This document shows, piece by piece, positions 18,052 through 25,971 of a stretch of DNA of 64,000 nt (positions are counted from its first letter, which is position 1; each line of letters starts with the position of its first letter). Position numbers and translations under genes: made by a program. A model generated the notes under the pieces. That model was not told the origin of the DNA, made no database searches, and saw only the letters and a list, made by a program, of their open reading frames with translations. The stretch is from an uncultured Acidobacteriota bacterium (GTDB lineage Bacteria > Acidobacteriota > UBA6911): contig CAWEJX010000020.1 in NCBI GenBank assembly GCA_963809485.1, positions 224,001 to 288,000 on the forward strand, read 5' to 3'.

Positions 18052-20434
18052 CTCGCTGCGGGACACAGTTGACACTGTGGGTGTTTGATGCTATACATAA
18101 CCCATGCGACTGTGTGGGCGCGAGTTCAGCGCGGAGGTAATTGCCCAGATTGGAGGGATCTTGAGTGCCAATCCCTCTTTGTCTCGTTGTGCCCTGTCTC
18201 AGCGCGTTTGCGAGCTTCTGCAGTGGAAATCGCCTAACGGCAAAATCAAGGAGGTTAGTTGCAGAAAAGCGCTGCTTGAATTGCACCGCCGCGGTTTTCT
18301 CAATCTGCCGGCGGCTGCGGAATCCTGTTTCAATCGATCTAGCTCCAAGCCGCCGCCTGATCTAATGGCTGATGTGTCTGAGCTAGAATGCACTCTGGAT
18401 GAACTCGGTAAGATAAGCATTGCTCCTGTCTCCAGCCGCTACAGCAAGGCGTCGAAGATATGGAATACTCTCGTGGAGCAATTCCATTATTTGGGCAAAG
18501 GGCCTCTGTGCGGCGCACAGATTCGCTACTTGGTAGAGAGTTCAGAACATGGGTTTGTTGGAGCACTGGCTTTCAGCGCTGCACAGTGGCGGTTGAAGAA
18601 ACGAGATAAATATATTGGCTGGACCGAGGCAGCTCGACGTGCCAATCTGAATCTGGTTGTTTGTAATAGCCGATTTCTGATTTTGCCCGGCGTGCACGTT
18701 CCGAACCTGGCTTCGCATGTACTGAGCCAGTGTCTGGGCCGGCTGGCGGATGACTGGGTAGACCGCTATAATTACCGGCCGGTGTTGGTCGAGACCTTTG
18801 TGGACCCGAGCCGTTTTGTCGGGACGTGCTATCGAGCGGCTAATTGGTTGCATGTCGGGCAGACAGCGGCGGAGGATACGGCGTATCCCAACGGGAAGGT
18901 AGCAAAAGGGCCCAAAGACATCTACTTGTATCCGCTCCGTGGCGATTGGCAAAAGGTGCTAAGTACGGAGCCGAAGGTAGTGCTGGGAAACACGCCGCAG
19001 TTCGAAGCCCCAGACGACTGGACCGAAGAAGAATTCGGGCGGGTGCAGTTTTTCGATCAACGGCTCAAATCCCGGCTGTTCACGTTGGCGGCGGATTTTT
19101 TTGCGCAACCTGGGGAACTGATTCCGCAGGCATCCAGCGGCTCGAAAGCAAAGACAAAAGCAGCGTACCGATTTTTTCAGAATGACAACGTGGATATGCA
19201 GAAGCTACTCAGACCGCACATTGAGTCGACCATTGAACGGCTGCGTACGCATAAGGTGATACTGGCGGTACAGGACACGAGTTCGCTGAACTACACCGCG
19301 CACCCACCTGAGGGAGTCGGTCCAATCAATAACAGTCAGAATAGCGCCATGGGGCTGGAGCTTCACGACACGATGGCGTTTACTCCCGAGGGCATACCGC
19401 TGGGACTGCTCGACGTGCAATGTTGGGCGCGGGATCCGAACGACGTGGGCAAAAAGCGCCGCCGCCACCAACTGCCGATCGAAGCCAAAGAAAGCAAGAA
19501 ATGGCTGGTGAGTTACCGAGCCGTAAGCGAGGTACAAAAGATCTGCTCGGATACGATGCTTGTGAGCGTCGGCGATCGAGAGGCCGACATCTACGAGCTG
19601 TTCCATGAAGCCGCACAGGATACATCAGGTGCGAAGCTGCTAATCCGTGCCGATCGCGCTCGAAATCGAGCGGTCATCGAGGAGGACAATAAGGAAGAAC
19701 TGTGGAAGAAGATGGAGGGAGAGCCCGTAGCTGGATTGGTCGATGTCGCAGTCCCGCGTCGAGGTTCGAGCCCAGCTCGGACAGCTAAGATTCAAGTGAG
19801 GTTTTCCCGAATAATGCTCAACCCACCGTCAAAAAGCAAGCTCCCAGCCTTGAGCGTATGGGCGGTGTATGCGCGGGAAGTCGACTATGGCGTCGAAGTC
19901 AAAGAACCTATTGATTGGATGCTTTTGACTTCAGTCAAGACAGAGAGCTTTGAAGATGCTTGCGAGCGACTGAGTTGGTATGCCCGACGTTGGGGAATTG
20001 AAGTATATCATCGCACGATAAAAAGCGGATGCCGTATCGAGGATCGTCGGTTGGATGATGCCGAGAGCATTCAGGCTTGCCTAGCAATCGACCTTGTGGT
20101 GGCTTGGCGAGTCTACTGGCTTACTATGGTGGGCCGAGAAAAACCGGAGACACCGTGCAATCAAATACTCAGTGAAGATGAATGGCATGTGCTGAGCGCC
20201 TGGGCAACAGGCAAGATTGCCGATACAGTTCCCAGTACCAAACAGGCGATGCACTGGATTGGCAAACTGGGTGGTTGGCTGAGCAGAGGGAAAACTGACA
20301 ATCCGGGTACAACATGTATGTGGAGGGGGCTGGGCCGTCTGCCAAGCATGGCGCAAGGATATCGGCTGGCTCTACAGATTCATGGAGTGAGGGCTGGCCC
20401 TTGAGCCACAGTCTCACCTGTGGGGTACAGCGAG
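18052..20434 (+). mobile_element. IS4-family insertion sequence (2383 bp)
   Basis: Imperfect 29-bp terminal IR (CTCGCTGCGGGACACAGTTGACACTGTGG vs reverse complement CTCGCTGTACCCCACAGGTGAGACTGTGG); 9-bp TSD GGCAGAGCC at 18043-18051 and 20435-20443. Confidence 0.93.
18104..20404 (+). CDS. IS4 (Tn5/IS50-like) transposase with N-terminal DUF4338 domain
   Basis: WTEEEF..F.DQRL..RL DNA-binding domain; QDTS, GDREAD and YARRWGIEVYHRTIKSG (YREK) motifs; N-terminal RFLILP/PNLAS/GTCYRAANW. Confidence 0.92.
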   Translation: MRLCGREFSAEVIAQIGGILSANPSLSRCALSQRVCELLQWKSPNGKIKEVSCRKALLELHRRGFLNLPAAAESCFNRSSSKPPPDLMADVSELECTLDELGKISIAPVSSRYSKASKIWNTLVEQFHYLGKGPLCGAQIRYLVESSEHGFVGALAFSAAQWRLKKRDKYIGWTEAARRANLNLVVCNSRFLILPGVHVPNLASHVLSQCLGRLADDWVDRYNYRPVLVETFVDPSRFVGTCYRAANWLHVGQTAAEDTAYPNGKVAKGPKDIYLYPLRGDWQKVLSTEPKVVLGNTPQFEAPDDWTEEEFGRVQFFDQRLKSRLFTLAADFFAQPGELIPQASSGSKAKTKAAYRFFQNDNVDMQKLLRPHIESTIERLRTHKVILAVQDTSSLNYTAHPPEGVGPINNSQNSAMGLELHDTMAFTPEGIPLGLLDVQCWARDPNDVGKKRRRHQLPIEAKESKKWLVSYRAVSEVQKICSDTMLVSVGDREADIYELFHEAAQDTSGAKLLIRADRARNRAVIEEDNKEELWKKMEGEPVAGLVDVAVPRRGSSPARTAKIQVRFSRIMLNPPSKSKLPALSVWAVYAREVDYGVEVKEPIDWMLLTSVKTESFEDACERLSWYARRWGIEVYHRTIKSGCRIEDRRLDDAESIQACLAIDLVVAWRVYWLTMVGREKPETPCNQILSEDEWHVLSAWATGKIADTVPSTKQAMHWIGKLGGWLSRGKTDNPGTTCMWRGLGRLPSMAQGYRLALQIHGVRAGP

Positions 20435-20461
20435 GGCAGAGCCAGGGGTTTACCAATGTAA

Positions 20462-21874
20462 TTACGTGCCCATGCGTCGCAGTTTTTCCAGCAGAGACTG
20501 CCGGCTGATTCCAAGAAAGCGCGCGGTGCGTGATTTATTCTGATCAAACCGCGTTAGGGTTTCCCGGATCATCTCTTCCTCCAGATCCCGGACGGCGGAT
20601 TTCATATCGCCATCCGATATTCTGGACGGACGATAGTGTTGGCTTATATGGTCCGACAGCGGCTCGGGGCCGATGCTTTTTCCCGGTTCCGACAGCAGGA
20701 CCAGACGCTCGATCTCATTCTGAAGCTCGCGCACATTGCCGGGCCATGAATAGGCAAGCAGAAGCCTCCGGGTCTCATCGGTAAGAGGGCCTGTTCTCCG
20801 GTTTAGTTTCACGGAGAACTGCTGCAGGAAAAACTCCGCAAGGGGCAGTATGTCCTTTTTGCGCTCCCGCAAGGGCGGTATGGTTATGGAAAAAACGTTG
20901 ATACGGAAGAAGAGGTCCTGGCGAAAACGGCCGGCCGTGACTTCCGCCTTGAGGTCTCTGTTGGTGGAGGCGAGGATCCGCACGTCGACCTTTTTGGGCT
21001 GGTTATATCCGACAGGCATGATCTCGTTTTCCTGGATTACGCGCAACAGTTTGACCTGCAGTTCAGGAGGAGCCTCGCCTATTTCATCCAGGAAAATGGT
21101 GCCTCCGTGTGCCATCTCGAAATAGCCCTTTTTCTCCTGGGTTGCGCCGGTGAAAGCGCCCCGCGAGTGGCCGAAAAATTCGCTTTCGACCAGGTCTTTA
21201 GGAATGGCGCCGCAATTGACGGGTATAAAAATCTGGTCCCGGCGGTTGCTCTCCGCATGGATAAAGCGGGCGATCAGCTCTTTGCCGGTGCCGGTCTCTC
21301 CCTGAATCAGCACGGTTGTTTCCGTCCCGGTAACCCTGCGCAAAAGGCGCAGAATGTTTTCCATCTCCGGACTCGCGTGAACGATGCTTTTGGGGAAAGC
21401 CTGTTTTTCAACCTCCTGGCGCAGGATGATATTTTCGGTTTTGAGCTTTTCATTGGCCCGCTGGAGCTCGGCGGCCAACCGTTCGTTTTCGCGCACCAGC
21501 TCCATTTTTTCAAGCGCATCGCGGACCGCTACCCTGACATCGTCGGGTTCCCAAGGCTTGGTGATGTACTTGTGAACCTTGCCCGTGTTGATGGCCGCGA
21601 TGAGATCGTCCACTTCGGTAAACCCGGTCAGCACAATGCGCACCAGGTTGGGAAAGCTCCTCTGCGAAAGTTCGAGAAACTCGATTCCCGTCATATTGGG
21701 CATTTTCTGGTCGGTGATAATCGCATCGATGGGCGACCTTTGAAGGATCTGCAGCGCCTCCTGGCCGGACTGCGCCAGGTGAACATTGTACTCGGCCATG
21801 AATGTTCGCTGGAGTTTCTGCAAATTGGCAAGCTCGTCATCCACGAGCAGCAGCTCATACTTCTTCTTGGTCAC
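20462..21874 (-). CDS. sigma54-dependent NtrC-family response regulator
   Basis: Receiver (LLLVDDE, DQKMP), GETGTGKE, GAFTGA, WPGNVREL, Fis HTH; GTG start overlaps the kinase stop. Confidence 0.94.
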   Translation of the reverse strand: MTKKKYELLLVDDELANLQKLQRTFMAEYNVHLAQSGQEALQILQRSPIDAIITDQKMPNMTGIEFLELSQRSFPNLVRIVLTGFTEVDDLIAAINTGKVHKYITKPWEPDDVRVAVRDALEKMELVRENERLAAELQRANEKLKTENIILRQEVEKQAFPKSIVHASPEMENILRLLRRVTGTETTVLIQGETGTGKELIARFIHAESNRRDQIFIPVNCGAIPKDLVESEFFGHSRGAFTGATQEKKGYFEMAHGGTIFLDEIGEAPPELQVKLLRVIQENEIMPVGYNQPKKVDVRILASTNRDLKAEVTAGRFRQDLFFRINVFSITIPPLRERKKDILPLAEFFLQQFSVKLNRRTGPLTDETRRLLLAYSWPGNVRELQNEIERLVLLSEPGKSIGPEPLSDHISQHYRPSRISDGDMKSAVRDLEEEMIRETLTRFDQNKSRTARFLGISRQSLLEKLRRMGT

Positions 21875-24042
21875 TCGCTCTTCTCCCGGAAAATGGGCAG
21901 ACTGACGGTGAAACAAGTCCCTTTGTTGACCGTGCTGCTTACATGGATTTTTCCCTGATGCTGCTCGATGATGCCGTAGCTGATGCTCAAACCGAGCCCT
22001 GTTCCCTGGCCTACCGGCTTGGTGGAGAAAAACGGCTCAAAAATGCGCTTGAGGTTCTCCGGAGAGATGCCGACGCCGTTGTCCTCGATTTCCACTTCCA
22101 CCGCACTTGCTTCGGCCCGCGTCCTTATCCAGACATCCCCGTTAGCCTGCACTGCGTGAAAGGCATTGGAGAGCAGGTTCATGAACACCTGGTTGAGTTT
22201 TCCGGCGTAGCCCCGGATCTTCGGGATATCCCCGTATTCCTTATGAATCTGGATACGGTTCTTGTACTGGTTGCGCAGAAGATTGAGCGACATCTCCAGC
22301 GAAGCGTGCAGGTCGACATCGGAGATGGCATCGGTATCCATGCGGGAGAAGGCGCGCAGATCGGAAACGATGGTATTGATTCTGCGGGCGCCCTCGGTGA
22401 AATTATCGATCAGAACCTTGAGATCCTCTTTGATGAAGGCGTAGTGCATCCCTTCCTTCAATTTCAGCATCTCCGCCCGATCCCCGGCGGAAATGCTCGG
22501 GAGTTTTTCGAAGGATTCCACAAGCTGCTGCAGTTTCTGCGTATAGTCTGCCAGAAAGCCGGTGTTTCCGTAGATGAAATTGAGAGGGTTCTTGATCTCA
22601 TGAGCTATTCCGGATACAAGCTGGCCCAGCGACGCCATTTTCTCCGTCTGAACCAGCTGTTCCTGGGCGCTTTGCAGGTCGAGATAGGCTCTTTTCAGGG
22701 CCTCGTGGGAGTTCTCCAGCTCGACGGTGCGGTCGCGGACCATGTTTTCCAGGTTCCGGTTCATTTCCTGAAGCTGGACTTCCCGGGCGGACAGAGCACC
22801 CGCCATATCGTTGAAGGTAGATGCCAGGATGCCTACTTCATCCGATGACCGAATAGGAACGCGCTCGTTGAAATTCCCCTGGGCAATCGTCGAAGCCGAA
22901 CGGATGAGATTCTTAAGAGGGACGGTGATTCCTTCCGCGATGATGTATGTAAACAGCACAACCAGCACCGCAAGCAGGATCGTGGCACCGAGAAGCCCTA
23001 ATGCCAGAAGCCGTATGGGCTGGAAAATCTCAGACTGTTCAATCTCCACGCCCACGATCCACCCGAAAGAGGTGTCGCTGATAGCAGCAAGCCCTGAAAT
23101 TTTCCCGCCGCCTCCAGGCCCGTCATAGGCGAAATGGCGCTCCCTGCCCAGGATTGCCTCCTGAAGCGTGCGCAGTCCGTGGACCTCCACCAGCCTCGTG
23201 TTATAAAAGGATTGTCCCCCTTGAATAGTGCCGGTCTCCTCCTTGCGGTTCAGCCTGTACTTGTGGGCGATGATTGTGTCTGCATCCTTGGCGCACATAT
23301 ACGCGAAACCCGTTTTGAAATCCTGGGCTGCAAAATCCATTTCGACATTGTCAAGAATGCTCTGGAAGTGAGACCAGTTCAGAATGTTGATCCAGACTCC
23401 GATTATCTCCTGGCTTGCCGGATCGCGGATGGGTTCGGAAAGGGCGATATTGAATTGATGGCTTTGATCTTCCTTCCGGGAACCATAAAGGCCTTGAACA
23501 AGCCCGGACTGATACCAGTCGTGATGGGAATTGTGGCCCGTGATCGAAGCCTGGAATAGTTTCAATTCTTCCGGATATCTCGAAATGTTTTCGTGGAACA
23601 TTTCGGACAGATTCGCGGACGGCAACGGGGTTCCATCCGGGTCTGCCGTGTTGATCCCTATTAAGCGGCCGTTGCGGTCCAGGACAATCAGGGCATCGTA
23701 TACATCCTGATTGAAGCAATAGTTGTTCAGTAAAGCAATAAGGCTGTACCGGTCCGCTTCCTTCAGACCGTGATAAATAAGGGGATAGGTTGTCGCCATT
23801 GAGTGTATCTCTTCCTTCTTGCCCCGGAGCAACAGGTCAACCTTGTCGGCCGTATCCTGAGCCATTCTTCCAAGAGACAGATCAATGCGTTCTTCGATCT
23901 GCCGTCTGCCTATCCAATAGGAAAAGATCGACATCCCCGCCAGCGGGAGCAGCGACAATGCGATCATGAGGATGAGAAGCTTATTTTTGAGGCTGCCCAG
24001 AAGAGTTATCCGGAGTCCTCTGTTGCTTTCACTATGACCCAT
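21871..24042 (-). CDS. Membrane sensor histidine kinase (Cache-like periplasmic domain, HAMP, HisKA, HATPase)
   Basis: Two TMs, DEVGILASTFNDM (HAMP), AHEIKNPL, QVFMNLLSNA, GTGLGLS. Confidence 0.93.
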   Translation of the reverse strand: MGHSESNRGLRITLLGSLKNKLLILMIALSLLPLAGMSIFSYWIGRRQIEERIDLSLGRMAQDTADKVDLLLRGKKEEIHSMATTYPLIYHGLKEADRYSLIALLNNYCFNQDVYDALIVLDRNGRLIGINTADPDGTPLPSANLSEMFHENISRYPEELKLFQASITGHNSHHDWYQSGLVQGLYGSRKEDQSHQFNIALSEPIRDPASQEIIGVWINILNWSHFQSILDNVEMDFAAQDFKTGFAYMCAKDADTIIAHKYRLNRKEETGTIQGGQSFYNTRLVEVHGLRTLQEAILGRERHFAYDGPGGGGKISGLAAISDTSFGWIVGVEIEQSEIFQPIRLLALGLLGATILLAVLVVLFTYIIAEGITVPLKNLIRSASTIAQGNFNERVPIRSSDEVGILASTFNDMAGALSAREVQLQEMNRNLENMVRDRTVELENSHEALKRAYLDLQSAQEQLVQTEKMASLGQLVSGIAHEIKNPLNFIYGNTGFLADYTQKLQQLVESFEKLPSISAGDRAEMLKLKEGMHYAFIKEDLKVLIDNFTEGARRINTIVSDLRAFSRMDTDAISDVDLHASLEMSLNLLRNQYKNRIQIHKEYGDIPKIRGYAGKLNQVFMNLLSNAFHAVQANGDVWIRTRAEASAVEVEIEDNGVGISPENLKRIFEPFFSTKPVGQGTGLGLSISYGIIEQHQGKIHVSSTVNKGTCFTVSLPIFREKSE

Positions 24043-24450
24043 TGGCAAACTGGGCCCTCCCGCTGGTGCCGGATGGATAACGGTCCGAATTGGTTCAATC
24101 TTTTTAGTTTCCGTACAACTGTAAATATATTATCCAGACCTATTGTCAAGTTTTCTTACAGTCTTGTCAATGCCGCGCATAATTTGGGTCTCCATATTTC
24201 ACTGAGATTCATTTGAAGCAAGGATCTGATTAGTATTATTCAGGTTGCAGGCTCCCGGCTGCGGATTTGGGACTATTATGGGCCATCGGTTCGAGAGTCG
24301 CTACCTGCAATCTTTCCCGGGACCGTCGATTCTCGCCATCGTCTCCGGTGAAAATTGCCGGAAGAATGAAGAATGTAGAGAGAGGGTTTTTCCATATGTA
24401 TCCTGACGCTCTATTGTGCTATTTTTTTTGTTGAGGCAGGAGGTCATGGA

Positions 24451-24720
24451 ATGAGCATCACGGTTCGCATCCCATCACCGCTCCGGCAGTATTCGGAGCT
24501 ACATTCGGAAGTGGTGTTGGAGGGAAAAACAGTCGGCGAGGTTCTGGAGAACCTGAAAATTCGTTTTCCCGAAATGGGCACGCGTTGTTTTACGCCGAGA
24601 ACGTCTCGCTTTATGAATCTGTATTTGAATGACCAGGATATCAAAAACCTAAACAATCTGGACACGCCGGTGGGCGACAAAGACACGCTCTCTATTGTTT
24701 TTGCCATCGCCGGCGGGTAG
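24451..24720 (+). CDS. MoaD/ThiS-family ubiquitin-like sulfur carrier
   Basis: 89 aa, ends IVFAIAGG; GGAGG RBS. Confidence 0.88.
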   Translation: MSITVRIPSPLRQYSELHSEVVLEGKTVGEVLENLKIRFPEMGTRCFTPRTSRFMNLYLNDQDIKNLNNLDTPVGDKDTLSIVFAIAGG

Positions 24721-25459
24721 GCGCGCTGCTTTCATCCCTCTTCCCCAGCGCCCAATCGACGGCAGCCTGGGCAAGGACTTTGCCGGGATTCAGGGCGGGA
24801 AAATCCACGCTATCGGGATCCAAGGACAAGGGTATCTCGGTACATCCCAGGATGATCGCCTGAGCGCCGGCCTTCATCAGCCGCATCCCGACGGATCTTA
24901 AGGTTTCCCTCGTCCGCTTATTATGGGTTCCGGCTTTGACCTGGGCGATAGCCTCCTGGACTTTCCGGTGGTCCTTATCTTCCGGCAGCAGGAGTTTAAG
25001 TCCCTCCCTGGATAATGCCGTGCTGTAAATTCCGCTGCGCACGGTTCCGGTTGTGGCAAGAAGTCCAAGGGCTTTGGCTTCGGGCAGCAGGCTGCGGACC
25101 ATTCCGCAGGTCTCAGCAATCATGTCCAGAATCGGGATGCCCACATTCCTGCGCATTTCCGGCAGGTAGTGATGCGCAGCGTTGCATGGCATGGCTATTA
25201 TTCCTGCTCCGCCCTCTTCCAGGAGCCGGGCAGCCTCAATCAGGCAGGGCAGAGGGCTTTCCCCTCCTGCCGTAAAAGCCTCTGTCCGGTCCGGGATCTT
25301 CGGATTCGAGTAGATCAGGACACGGATATGGTCCTGGTCTATGGCAGCCGGAGTCAGGTTAATGATATGGCGGAATAAATCCAGCGTTGCCTCAGGTCCC
25401 ATTCCGCCCAGAATGCCTAGGACCCGGTCCTGAGGCTGTCGTTCGCTTGCCCGTTTCAT
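24692..25459 (-). CDS. Aspartate/glutamate racemase family protein
   Basis: LGILGGMGPEAT, MPCNAAH and ILGCTEIP motifs. Confidence 0.92.
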   Translation of the reverse strand: MKRASERQPQDRVLGILGGMGPEATLDLFRHIINLTPAAIDQDHIRVLIYSNPKIPDRTEAFTAGGESPLPCLIEAARLLEEGGAGIIAMPCNAAHHYLPEMRRNVGIPILDMIAETCGMVRSLLPEAKALGLLATTGTVRSGIYSTALSREGLKLLLPEDKDHRKVQEAIAQVKAGTHNKRTRETLRSVGMRLMKAGAQAIILGCTEIPLSLDPDSVDFPALNPGKVLAQAAVDWALGKRDESSAPTRRRWQKQ

Positions 25460-25971
25460 AAATCCGATTATAGGGCCGCATCCATCTTCAAACAACAGTA
25501 TCAAATAAAGCTGACGAAGGCCGACAAGAGCTGACCGTCAATCCGTAAAAACCGACCGAAATCCGCCGCTCCGCAAATAATAGTTGCTCATTTCAACAGA
25601 CTGCCCGTTAGAAATACGCGCGCAAGATTGCGGAAGCCGCATACCATGAAACGTCCGCGGACGCCGTGTTCCTGTGCCCCTGTATCGAGCCGGACGGAAT
25701 ATTGATAACTGCTTCACGAAAAGCGCGTTTGTGCCGATAACTATAATCGATGGACGGCGGAATCCTGCCCGAAATGCGATGGCCCCCGGTCATCCGGGAA
25801 AGTCCATGCCTGGCAGGCCGGGTAAGGAATGAGCCGACAGGTGCGGTATTGCCAGGAAGGCTGTAAGTGGTTCCGGAGATGGTGAAAATCGAGCGCGAGA
25901 TCCTCACCCTCCGTTTCCCGCATTATTGTTCAACCATGATCGATTGGCTCCGGAACGGATCAAAGTAAGCG

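Larger units (their letters stand above)
17671..20464 (-). mobile_element. Non-autonomous IS200/IS605-like palindromic element, copy 2 (about 402 bp, interrupted by the IS4 element)
   Basis: One end GTCAGGTACCTCCGGCAAAGCCGGAGG; the other end CCCCCGGCAGAGCC|IS|..GGGGTTTACCAATGTAATTA; no internal tnpA. Confidence 0.85.

Noticed and set aside
17581-18088. Short ORFs over the palindromic element (similar peptides recur near 9493, 34867 and 51939)
   Set aside because: They are translations of the non-coding repeat; frames differ between copies and there is no HUH/Y1 motif.
24240-24445. Possible TPP or Moco riboswitch upstream of the MoaD/ThiS gene
   Set aside because: I could not find the conserved aptamer motifs; an Rfam scan would settle it.
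25505-25971. Possible ncRNA or small gene upstream of pilB (GGAAAGTCC motif; ORF 25608-25907)
   Set aside because: Lacks the other RNase P or c-di-GMP riboswitch elements; the ORFs have no RBS or motif support.
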